Source: Thermoproteus tenax Kra 1
Lineage (GTDB): Archaea > Thermoproteota > Thermoprotei > Thermoproteales > Thermoproteaceae
Direction of reading: 5' to 3'
Length of the DNA stretch: 32,000 nt
NCBI RefSeq assembly: GCF_000253055.1
Contig: NC_016070.1
Span: 1,470,001 to 1,502,000, forward strand
Made by a program: the position numbers and the translations under genes. Numbering within the stretch: the first letter of the stretch is position 1; the number at the start of each line of letters is the position of its first letter. Shown here one piece after another: positions 8,324 through 15,917 of this stretch. The notes beneath the pieces are model-generated. The model was not told the origin of the DNA, did no database searches, and worked only from the letters and a program-made list of their open reading frames with translations.

Positions 8324-9460
8324 CCCTTCCTCAGTTATTTTGAACGTTGCCTCGCGCTCGGGGTGATAGGGGGAATCGAAGATCTTGGCTATCCTAATGT
8401 TTTCCTTACTCTTGCGGAGCCATATGCGGTACGTGGCGCCATGCGCCAAGACGTTGCCCCCCGCCGGCTTCAGCGGATTGCCGAAGAAGACGTCCGGTTG
8501 GGCCATAACTTGGTTGGTCACCACTACGGCGACATCATAGGCGTCCGCTATCTTGAGGAGGTCGGCTATGTGCTTGTTTAACTTCTGTTGCCTTTCGGCC
8601 AAGTTCTCCCTCCCGGGAAACTCGGCGCGGAAGTGCGCCACGATTGAGTCGACCACGAGGAGCTTCACGTTGTCCTGTTTTATTATGCGGCGGGCCTGCT
8701 CGGCCAATATCATCTGGTGATCCGAGGAGTAGGCCCTAGCGTAGTATATGTTCTTGAGCGCTTGATCGGGGTCGAGGCCGCGGGCCCTCGCTATCTGGGC
8801 TATGCGCTCAGGGCGGAAAGTATTTTCGGTGTCGATATATATGGCCTTGGCCGAGAGTCCTCCCTTGTCCTCGGGGAGTTGGACCATGACGGCGAGTTGG
8901 TGGCAGAACTGAGTCTTCCCGGCCCCGAACTCTCCAGCGACCTCCGTGACGGCGCTGGTCTCAACTCCTCCGTTGAGGAGCTCGTCGAGCGACCTCACGC
9001 CAGTTGAGATGCGCTTTATGTTAACCCTCCTCCTATATACCTCGAGCGCCGATATAAAGTTGGACAGTCCCAACATGCTTCTGGCGGCCTCTATGATCTG
9101 CGCCGCCCTCTCCTCATTGCCTATAATATCGGCGATCTCTTTGACGGAGGCGAACGCCAAATCTCTCACTGTATAGTAGCCCCTCTCCTTAAGCTTCTGG
9201 CCGGTCACTCTGCCGATGCCCTCCAGCTCCTCGACATCGGCGTCGGCGCCTCTCTCAACAACAGCGACGGGCTCCTCCGCTACCTCGACATCCTGTGCCA
9301 CTGTCTCCTCTTTCTTCCGCGCTCTGGGCACAATATAAAGGGCTACTTCAGAATATAAACTTGACGGAATATCCAGACGACGTTTATAGTCAGTCCCTGA
9401 CCCCGGCCTCACTGAGTCGGCGCCAGCAGGTTCTCCATCCGGTATTAAGGCAATCTCCAT
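8312..9460 (-). CDS. radA: DNA repair and recombination protein RadA (coordinates are the longest ORF; the real start is possibly GTG 9331 or GTG 9301)
   Basis: HhH region [34 protein letters not shown], Walker [10 protein letters not shown], Walker B LLVVDS. The longest ORF is 382 aa. Starting at in-frame GTG 9331 (339 aa, [11 protein letters not shown]...) or GTG 9301 (329 aa) gives the usual RadA size. Confidence 0.95.
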   Translation of the reverse strand: MEIALIPDGEPAGADSVRPGSGTDYKRRLDIPSSLYSEVALYIVPRARKKEETVAQDVEVAEEPVAVVERGADADVEELEGIGRVTGQKLKERGYYTVRDLAFASVKEIADIIGNEERAAQIIEAARSMLGLSNFISALEVYRRRVNIKRISTGVRSLDELLNGGVETSAVTEVAGEFGAGKTQFCHQLAVMVQLPEDKGGLSAKAIYIDTENTFRPERIAQIARARGLDPDQALKNIYYARAYSSDHQMILAEQARRIIKQDNVKLLVVDSIVAHFRAEFPGRENLAERQQKLNKHIADLLKIADAYDVAVVVTNQVMAQPDVFFGNPLKPAGGNVLAHGATYRIWLRKSKENIRIAKIFDSPYHPEREATFKITEEGLTD

Positions 9461-9513
9461 TTTAAATAGAAAGTGCGGCGATAAAGCGTATAAAAACTCT
9501 ATGCTTAAAACGC

Positions 9514-10347
9514 GTGTCTCTCAAGAGCTTGTTAAAGAACGTAATACCTGAGCCGTACCTCAGCATGGTCCCCTCCTCCTTCGAGATAATAGGGTCCAGG
9601 TCAGGTGCCATTGCTATAATAGAAATACCAGACGAACTAGACGCCTATAAACACGAGATAGCCGAGGCCATCAAGAGGATGAACAAGAACATAACCACGG
9701 TGCTGAGGAGGAGAGGACCCCGCTCTGGTCCCTACAGGCTCTACAACTACGAAGTATTAATTGAAGGCCCCACGGAGGTTCTCCATAAAGAGCACGGGTA
9801 CTATATCAAGGTGGATCCCACTAAGGTGTACTTTTCGTCCAGAGATCAGACAGATCGGGCGGAGATCTCGGAGATGGTCCGCGAGGGCGAGAAGATATTG
9901 TACCTTTTCGCAGGTGCTGGGCCCTATGCGGTGGCCATAGCGAAGAGGAAACATGTGAAGTGGATATATGCTGTTGAGATCAATCCCTGGGGATTTAAAT
10001 ATATGATTGATAATATAAAAATAAATAAATTAGATAATATTGTACCTATTAGAGCTGATGTATCATTATTTTGTAAAAATTTTTATGAGAAAGTCAATAG
10101 AATTATTATGACATTGCCTTTAGGGGCCCACAAGTACTTGGACCTAGCGCTGGCATGCGCTGAGGACGGAGGCTTTATCCACTTCTATCACACAGGACCT
10201 GAAGAGGAGCCGTTCCGTGAGGCCGAAGAGCTCTTGAAATCAGTGTGTCCCTATTGCGTTGTGATCAACAAGAGGATCGTTAGAGATTATGCACCGCATG
10301 TGTATAAGGTGAGAATAGACGTTCTTCTGAAGAGGCGGGCGACTTAG
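9514..10347 (+). CDS. Met-10+ family tRNA methyltransferase (Trm5 / Taw2-Taw22-like)
   Basis: 277 aa with a GTG start. It has the SAM-binding core [54 protein letters not shown] and the MTLPLGA motif typical of Trm5/Taw2-type class I methyltransferases. An A/T box GTATAAAAAC at 9488-9497 lies ~22 nt upstream. Confidence 0.82.
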   Translation: MSLKSLLKNVIPEPYLSMVPSSFEIIGSRSGAIAIIEIPDELDAYKHEIAEAIKRMNKNITTVLRRRGPRSGPYRLYNYEVLIEGPTEVLHKEHGYYIKVDPTKVYFSSRDQTDRAEISEMVREGEKILYLFAGAGPYAVAIAKRKHVKWIYAVEINPWGFKYMIDNIKINKLDNIVPIRADVSLFCKNFYEKVNRIIMTLPLGAHKYLDLALACAEDGGFIHFYHTGPEEEPFREAEELLKSVCPYCVVINKRIVRDYAPHVYKVRIDVLLKRRAT

Positions 10348-10380
10348 TCGCCGCGCTCGGGGTAAAAACAAGTCCGTGTG

Positions 10381-10851
10381 CTAGAAGAATCTAGGCGTCT
10401 CTTGCCCTCCCCTCCTCCTGCCCCCTTCTGGCCCCTGTCCGCCGCTCCTCTGCATTATATATAGGGTCATGACCTCTGGCACTCTGCCCTCCTTGGCGTA
10501 TTTAGCCAGTAGATCGCGATATTCTGATGTATGCTCTATATCCACTTGGATAAACTTAACTGCCACTTCGCGGAGCATGCTCTCGAGCCTTCTGAGCATG
10601 TCCAACGGCATTATCGCTGTGACTAACGGATTGCTGAGCCATGACTCAAAGTCCTTCAGGACACGGCCTATGTAGCCCAGCATGGCTTGTGCTGAGTAGA
10701 GCAAGGTAAGCCTGTCGGCCACCTCCATGCCCTTTCCGTGAGCCTCAAGGTCGTTTATTATCCGTTGTTGTTCTTTGACCCACTGCTCTAGCCGCTCCAT
10801 CATGCTCTCCAAGTAGTCCATGATGGGCTCAGTCGCAGGAACATCCGACAT
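10381..10851 (-). CDS. Hypothetical helical protein with an R/G-rich C-terminal tail
   Basis: 156-aa ORF with balanced composition and protein-like helical repeats. The tail is SGGQGPEGGRRRGGQETPRFF. An A/T box (reverse strand CTTTATTAATAA) lies ~20-30 nt upstream of the ATG. Confidence 0.6.
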   Translation of the reverse strand: MSDVPATEPIMDYLESMMERLEQWVKEQQRIINDLEAHGKGMEVADRLTLLYSAQAMLGYIGRVLKDFESWLSNPLVTAIMPLDMLRRLESMLREVAVKFIQVDIEHTSEYRDLLAKYAKEGRVPEVMTLYIMQRSGGQGPEGGRRRGGQETPRFF

Positions 10852-10916
10852 AGGCCTATCATCGTCAGTTATTAATAAAGTTATGCTAACAGGGCCGTCT
10901 GCCTACGTCCTCGGCC

Positions 10917-12509
10917 CTATAATGCCAGGGAGATCGCTAGAGGGAGGACGAAGAGATATATCACCATAATAATACTGAGCTTCCTATAGCTCTCAACGAG
11001 GCTCCTTATTCGTTTAAAATTCTCGCCGAACACGTTCACAGAGACCTCGACGGATCTATATGTCCCCCGCCATTTGCCCATATTGCGTAGCGCTGAGCTC
11101 ACAGCTCTATCTATGAGCTTGAGTATATCATCATGTTTTATGTTTGATCCAACGGCCTTATAACCTCCGCCTATGCCCGCACGCGTTGACGCGTGGGTGT
11201 CTGTCGTGACAACCTCGACGACATCGAAAGTTCCCTTGTATTTTTCAACGATCTTCTCGTATAACCTAGAAACAATATTGTTTCCGTCGACGATGATCAG
11301 AAGGCTACGTATGCCATCACACTCGCTTATAATAGCCCCAATGCCGCCTGCGCCCAACTCCAGACGGAGAGGATCTACGTACGTTGTATCATGTCTCCCG
11401 AAGCCTATGGCGAAGTGGGAACATGAGTCAAGAGAGGCTCTCAACAAGGCCTCTTGTAGTGAGGCGACGTCCTCCTCGGTCCAGCGTAGTTCTCCCTCGA
11501 ACTTGTTCTGGGCATCTACTAAGACATGACCGTTAGTCTCAACCCTCTTGGCAACCTCCAGCGGAATATCGTCTGAGGCCGATCTGACCCTAGAAATTAT
11601 CGCGAGCGGCGGACCTATACCAAGAGAGAACGACGTAAGCTTTACATCGTTTATTTCTATTTTCTTGGGCTTGTATCCCTCGGAGACTGGGCGCACCTCC
11701 GCCGAGGAGGCTGCAGTAAAGACTCCCTCTACGATCTTATCTACGTCTTCGTTAGACACGGGATCCCTCTCGTGACCCCCCACTCCATGCATAAATAAGA
11801 CATTGAGGCCCTCGTGGAGACCTCTCGTGACTAGTCTCTCCACGAGAGTCCCCCCTCCTATGCCTCTGAAGGGACCAGGGTGGAATTCTGATACGACAAC
11901 TAGATATTTGTCTACGTTATTTTCCATAAGATATAGATGCATTTTTCCGGTATCTTTTACTCCAAGAGGCTTAAAGATGTGGTCGAACATGCCCTCTACA
12001 GACACCGATGAGTAGAGGAAGCTGTTAAGCATACACAGAGCATCACTTCCCTTAACTCTGCTCGAGAGATATGTCTTTACGAGCGGCGTGGCCATGGCGT
12101 ATGCAAGCGATGCGCCGGCCAGCGCATAATCGTTCTGGAGGAAGTAATATAGGGAGACCGCCGGTATGGGGATCAGGTACAGCTTACTATCGCACCGCAA
12201 AGCCATGGAGACTGAGGAGGCCAGGACAGCTGCCACCAATACGTAGTGGAGCGGAGGCCTTTGAGTCAGAAGGTCGAACAACGCCGTTATGCCCAGAGAG
12301 AAAGACGTGGCTTGGAAGACGCCTACTTTGCTCCAGACTTTATGGCCGGTCCAGAAATAGAAGGCGTACAGTGCTGCGAAAGCCAATAGGTACACAGGAG
12401 CCTTTTTCGCTACCATGGCCAATAAGATGAGGACGGCCAAGATGTAGGAGAGAAGCTTCGGAGCCTCGCGGAATAGATCGCTATATGCCTTTTCAAAGAC
12501 GCGACTCAT
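10917..12509 (-). CDS. Integral membrane protein with a large soluble domain (possibly DUF2070-like)
   Basis: 530 aa with ~5-6 N-terminal TM helices, a ~330-aa soluble region and one C-terminal TM helix. The start overlaps the stop of the upstream ORF as ATGA (12506-12509). The family assignment is from memory of the architecture only. Confidence 0.7.
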   Translation of the reverse strand: MSRVFEKAYSDLFREAPKLLSYILAVLILLAMVAKKAPVYLLAFAALYAFYFWTGHKVWSKVGVFQATSFSLGITALFDLLTQRPPLHYVLVAAVLASSVSMALRCDSKLYLIPIPAVSLYYFLQNDYALAGASLAYAMATPLVKTYLSSRVKGSDALCMLNSFLYSSVSVEGMFDHIFKPLGVKDTGKMHLYLMENNVDKYLVVVSEFHPGPFRGIGGGTLVERLVTRGLHEGLNVLFMHGVGGHERDPVSNEDVDKIVEGVFTAASSAEVRPVSEGYKPKKIEINDVKLTSFSLGIGPPLAIISRVRSASDDIPLEVAKRVETNGHVLVDAQNKFEGELRWTEEDVASLQEALLRASLDSCSHFAIGFGRHDTTYVDPLRLELGAGGIGAIISECDGIRSLLIIVDGNNIVSRLYEKIVEKYKGTFDVVEVVTTDTHASTRAGIGGGYKAVGSNIKHDDILKLIDRAVSSALRNMGKWRGTYRSVEVSVNVFGENFKRIRSLVESYRKLSIIMVIYLFVLPLAISLAL

Positions 12510-13378
12510 AGGCTCTCTATATATGAACGAATAGACATAGAGTAAGAATGAGTATATATATATTTACTTAGAAATTGATTATATCTAGGAAATCTATATA
12601 TATATATCACACCATTTACATCATCAAATACAATGTAGCCTGCTGAGGAGATCTCAAGCTCCCCCATTCTATTTACAACACGTCTGTGGATCTTGTGATC
12701 TACGTAGGGATGGAGAAGTATAACGTAATCTAGCCCATACTTCATGTAGTCTTCGATCGCCGAGAAGCCCATGTGGACGGTCCTTCTTATATCAACATAA
12801 TGTATGCCTAATATTGTTTTATCAAAGAATTTAACTAAAATATCTATTTGAGTATTATATTTATTAATTAATTGAGGTATATAAGTTATTTTAGTGATAA
12901 CTTTCTCGATCTTTCCTCCGAAAAAATAACTTGCTGAAGTGAGATACATCGCCAAGCTCTCTACTACATCGCCTGCGCTCTCCACATCGGGCAACCCGAC
13001 GATATAGGGCCTTTTGATCTGTTGCTCCTCGACCTCCACAGGCAGATGATCCACAATTTGCTCTCGCAAGACAGTATAGGGGATATAGATGTAGCCATCT
13101 ATGTTGGCGGCCATGTCTGCCTTGACCAGCTGGGCCGCTGATAGGCAGATGCCCTCCCCCTTGGAACAGTCCAGTATTAGACTACCGGAGAGAAAGCCAT
13201 AGACGGAGGCCTTCACGCCGTTGTTCCTGAGTTGTAACAGGAAACGCGCCGACTCACTAGGGATCTCCAAAATCCTCTTGAGTATCCGTTCGCTGGGGTA
13301 ACGCGAGCTCGCCGCTTCGGCCTCGCCTCTGTGGTCTATGGACCTACAAGCCAGCTTAACGGCGCAGAGCAGATCCAC
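12506..13378 (-). CDS. Hypothetical protein
   Basis: 290-aa ORF with a GTG start, translationally coupled (ATGA) to the downstream membrane protein gene. An A/T box (reverse strand TTTTATTATAG, 13392-13402) lies ~20 nt upstream. The ORF contains two sharp AT-rich blocks (about 12535-12625 and 12820-12900). Confidence 0.6.
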   Translation of the reverse strand: MDLLCAVKLACRSIDHRGEAEAASSRYPSERILKRILEIPSESARFLLQLRNNGVKASVYGFLSGSLILDCSKGEGICLSAAQLVKADMAANIDGYIYIPYTVLREQIVDHLPVEVEEQQIKRPYIVGLPDVESAGDVVESLAMYLTSASYFFGGKIEKVITKITYIPQLINKYNTQIDILVKFFDKTILGIHYVDIRRTVHMGFSAIEDYMKYGLDYVILLHPYVDHKIHRRVVNRMGELEISSAGYIVFDDVNGVIYIYRFPRYNQFLSKYIYTHSYSMSIRSYIESL

Positions 13379-13404
13379 GGCAACAACACAACTATAATAA
13401 AATT

Positions 13405-13458
13405 ACTCAGCTTACCGAGTTCTCGTCAACGATCATGCCGGGGATAACTCATCACGAG
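13405..13458 (-). ncRNA. C/D box sRNA (2'-O-methylation guide)
   Basis: Reverse strand reads CCTC-GTGATGA(C)-GTTATCCCCGGC(12 nt)-ATGA(D')-TCG-TTGACGA(C')-GAACTCGGTAAG(12 nt)-CTGA(D)-GTAA. The C and D boxes are perfect and the spacing is the canonical 12-nt guide in both halves. The C box is at 13455..13449 and the D box at 13410..13407. It lies in the 86-nt spacer directly after the UDG stop codon. The D' guide is complementary to GCCGGGGAUAAC, which contains the universally conserved 23S rRNA domain V sequence CGGGGAUAAC. Confidence 0.78.
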
Positions 13459-13464
13459 GAGGCA

Positions 13465-14082
13465 CTAGAGATACTTTAAAAGCCCTTTATCGGGCGGCCC
13501 GCCCAGAAACTTTCCCAAGTCGCCCTCTAAGCTGCGCCTCAGCCTCGGATTATATAGGGCCGCGGCGGGGTGATAGGTCACACATATTGTGGTCTCTACG
13601 TCGTCTATCTTGCCGCGGAAGCACTCGCCCCTCACATCCTCTAACAGTCTCGGCGTCTTGATGTTAGCCAAGCTGAGCAACGTCCTTGCGCTGTAGAGGC
13701 CCAGGGCAATTATCAGACGGGGTCTTATCGCCTTTATCTGTCGTACAAGATAGGGCAAACATGCCTTTATTTCATCTTCAAGGGGTTCTCGATTATTGGG
13801 TGGCCTACACTTAACAACATTCGTTATAAAGACGTCCCTCGACCTCTCAATGCCATTCTTTGATAGTATCTCTGTGAGGAGTCTCCCTGCGGCTCCCACG
13901 AATGGTCTCCCCTCCTCGTCCTCACGTCTGCCCGGCGCCTCTCCCACAATCACAATGCCTCTTTCGGCAGAGCCCTCGCCGGGGACGGCCCTCTTCCTCA
14001 TCAAATGAAGCCTGCACTTGGTGCAAGCGGCGACCTCTTGGGCTATTGCCCAAAGCTCCTTAGCAATATCCCGGTCATCCAC
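13465..14082 (-). CDS. udg: Family 4 uracil-DNA glycosylase (Fe-S type)
   Basis: Motif A GEAPGRREDEEGRPFVGAAGRLL, motif B HPAAALYNPRLR, and N-terminal Cys ligands (ACTKCRL). I place the start at in-frame GTG 14082 (205 aa). The longest ORF (ATG 14160) would overlap the divergent gene. GTG 14082 lies 23 nt from the central A/T box at 14101-14111. Confidence 0.9.
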   Translation of the reverse strand: MDDRDIAKELWAIAQEVAACTKCRLHLMRKRAVPGEGSAERGIVIVGEAPGRREDEEGRPFVGAAGRLLTEILSKNGIERSRDVFITNVVKCRPPNNREPLEDEIKACLPYLVRQIKAIRPRLIIALGLYSARTLLSLANIKTPRLLEDVRGECFRGKIDDVETTICVTYHPAAALYNPRLRRSLEGDLGKFLGGPPDKGLLKYL

Positions 14083-14100
14083 AACAACTTGACCACTGGC

Positions 14101-14111
14101 CTTTTTATTTG
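14101..14111. promoter_or_regulatory. Central A/T (TATA-like) box shared by divergent genes (udg / coiled-coil ORF)
   Basis: CTTTTTATTTG lies at the centre of the 45-nt spacer 14083-14127, ~23 nt from GTG 14082 (reverse strand) and GTG 14128 (forward strand). Confidence 0.5.
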
Positions 14112-14127
14112 AGTTGCCCAGAATAGC

Positions 14128-14784
14128 GTGTTTTGGCGGTTGTTCTCTCCGCAGAAACAACAGGATCTGCCCAAGGTAAGAGACAAGCCAGTATACATCG
14201 GCGGTCTGTTGTTCTTAGGCGTTGCAGAGAGCGGCGAGTTCGATCTGCGTAAGCATAAGCTGATATCGATATACTTAAAAGATAATTCTGGAAAAACATA
14301 CAAAATAGATACAAGCAATATAAAGGTGAAGATAAGTAGAGAGAGCATCGATCTCGACATATCGGCAGTTCCCAAGTTTTTCGAAATAAAGATGCAGGAG
14401 CTCAACTCGATAGTCAACCAGCTTAGGAAGGAGAGGGACGAGATAGAGGGTTCATATAAGAAGTTGGAGGAGGCCCTCATAAAGGGCGTCATCAGCCTCC
14501 AGACCTACGAGGACTCAAGGAGACGTATAGCAGAGAAGGAGAAGAGGCTTTTCGCCTCATGCGCCGAGGCTGAAAAGAGCTTCATAGGGATCAGCGAGGC
14601 GCTGAAGCGTCTTTTAAACGACGTAGAGAGCCAAAGGGAGGCGTTGGAGGCCAAGAGGTTGTTGGACAGACTGGACAAAGGGGAAGAGGAGACGCTGAAC
14701 AGCCTAATCACACTGAGATCCACCATTATATCCATTGAACAGATGTTGAACACAATGTTGTTGCATCTGCGGTTAGTGTGCTAG
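14128..14784 (+). CDS. Coiled-coil protein with a beta-rich N-terminal domain
   Basis: 218 aa with a GTG start 23 nt downstream of the A/T box at 14101-14111. The N-terminal ~90 aa are beta-like (KPVYIGGLLFLGVAESGEFDLRKHKLISIYLKDNSGKTYKIDTSNIKVKISRESIDL). These are followed by ~120 aa of charged heptad-like sequence. Confidence 0.6.
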   Translation: MFWRLFSPQKQQDLPKVRDKPVYIGGLLFLGVAESGEFDLRKHKLISIYLKDNSGKTYKIDTSNIKVKISRESIDLDISAVPKFFEIKMQELNSIVNQLRKERDEIEGSYKKLEEALIKGVISLQTYEDSRRRIAEKEKRLFASCAEAEKSFIGISEALKRLLNDVESQREALEAKRLLDRLDKGEEETLNSLITLRSTIISIEQMLNTMLLHLRLVC

Positions 14785-14793
14785 AGGGCCGAT

Positions 14794-15000
14794 TCAGTCG
14801 GCTATATCTATGCCCGTGAACTCCGTGGGCTGCGCGAGGCGTCCCTCCTCGCTGTAGAACCCCAAGATCTTGTGCTCTCGGTTCGTCTTACACCTCTTAC
14901 AGTAGAGGTATATCTTTCCCCTGAAAACCGTGAGGTTGAAGCCGACGTCTAATATGCGCTCATTGCCACAAACAGAACATTGGATAAGCCACTTAGTCAT
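14794..15000 (-). CDS. Zinc-ribbon mini-protein with an acidic C-terminal tail (LysW-like architecture)
   Basis: 68 aa with two CxxC pairs (CSVCG ... CKRCK) 22 residues apart and the tail GFYSEEGRLAQPTEFTGIDIAD. Its ATG overlaps the stop of the upstream ATP-grasp gene as ATGA (14997-15000). Confidence 0.7.
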   Translation of the reverse strand: MTKWLIQCSVCGNERILDVGFNLTVFRGKIYLYCKRCKTNREHKILGFYSEEGRLAQPTEFTGIDIAD

Positions 15001-15872
15001 CTCTTGATATTGCTTATGTAATCTACTATGTACTGCGCCGGGTTGACTCCCGTGCTCGACTTAAAGCCTCGCCAGTCAGGCGAGGCGTTCACCTCGAACA
15101 CGACGTATCCATCCCTCGTTTCGCCGATGTCGACGCCTGAGTACACAAGGCCGAGCGCCCTAGTGGCCCGTATCGCTATATCCTCCAAGTCCGGCGTCGG
15201 CTTGCAGGGCTCCGCCCTGGCGCCCTGTGCTATGTTCGTCTTCCATATGTTGGATATTCTGTACATACACCCGATGACGCGTCCGTCCACTACGATGGCC
15301 CTAATATCTCTGTTGGGCTTCTGGACGTACTTCTGCACATAGAGCGGATTATGGGTCAACAGAAGCGTCCTCATGACTTGAAATGCCAGATCAGGGTCCG
15401 AGAAGAGCATAGCCCCGAAGCCTCTACTACCCTGTATTGGCTTGATCACAACAGTCTCCAGAGATTTCACAGCGTTATAAGCGTAGTAGAGATCCTCGGT
15501 CACTATCGTCGGTGGCACCGGTACCTTGGATCTGCTCAATATATAGAGGCTCTTCAGCTTATCTCTTGACGCCAACAGACTTCTCACGGGGTTTATCGCA
15601 ACGGCCCCTTCTCCCTCCAGGATCTCAAGTGTAGTGACCCGCCTTATCATAGTATTGGCATCTAATAGAAACCCGATGCCTCGTATCACCACTACGTCGG
15701 GCCTCAGCGGACCCCTCCTTGTCTCAACGTACACTCCATCGGAGTCTATCTTTATTGAGAGTCGCTGTATGGGCACATATCTCTGGGGGATCCCCCGTCT
15801 CTTGAGCTCTAAAATTATATCGCGAGTCGGCTCATCGGGAATCTGGGACTCGGCTACAACAATAGTCTCCAC
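14997..15872 (-). CDS. RimK/LysX-family ATP-grasp ligase
   Basis: ATP-grasp core: RDKLKSLYILSRSKVPVPPT, VVIKPIQGSRGFGAMLF, LYVQKYVQKPNRDIRAIVVDGRVIGCMYRIS..WKTNIAQGARAEPC, GLVYSGVDIGETRDGYVVFEVNASPDWRGF. I place the start at in-frame GTG 15872 (291 aa, METIVVAESQ...), 23 nt from the central A/T box at 15890-15900. The longest ORF (ATG 15932) would overlap the divergent gene. Confidence 0.85.
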   Translation of the reverse strand: METIVVAESQIPDEPTRDIILELKRRGIPQRYVPIQRLSIKIDSDGVYVETRRGPLRPDVVVIRGIGFLLDANTMIRRVTTLEILEGEGAVAINPVRSLLASRDKLKSLYILSRSKVPVPPTIVTEDLYYAYNAVKSLETVVIKPIQGSRGFGAMLFSDPDLAFQVMRTLLLTHNPLYVQKYVQKPNRDIRAIVVDGRVIGCMYRISNIWKTNIAQGARAEPCKPTPDLEDIAIRATRALGLVYSGVDIGETRDGYVVFEVNASPDWRGFKSSTGVNPAQYIVDYISNIKR

Positions 15873-15889
15873 GGGCGGGCCCACACTCA

Positions 15890-15900
15890 GTTTATAAAAC
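15890..15900. promoter_or_regulatory. Central A/T (TATA-like) box shared by divergent genes (RimK-like / Cys-rich ORF)
   Basis: GTTTATAAAAC lies at the centre of the 45-nt spacer 15873-15917, 23 nt from GTG 15872 (reverse strand) and GTG 15918 (forward strand). Confidence 0.5.
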
Positions 15901-15917
15901 AATGAAGCCGTGTTCTC

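Noticed and set aside
11173-12430. Forward-strand ORFs (11173-11529, 11548-11775, 11803-12015, 12071-12430) inside the 530-aa membrane protein gene.
   Set aside because: They are antisense shadow ORFs with R/S/P-rich composition.
14043-14492. 149-aa and 69-aa reverse-strand ORFs overlapping the coiled-coil gene and the udg promoter region.
   Set aside because: They have S/L/F-rich shadow-frame composition and would run across the shared promoter module.
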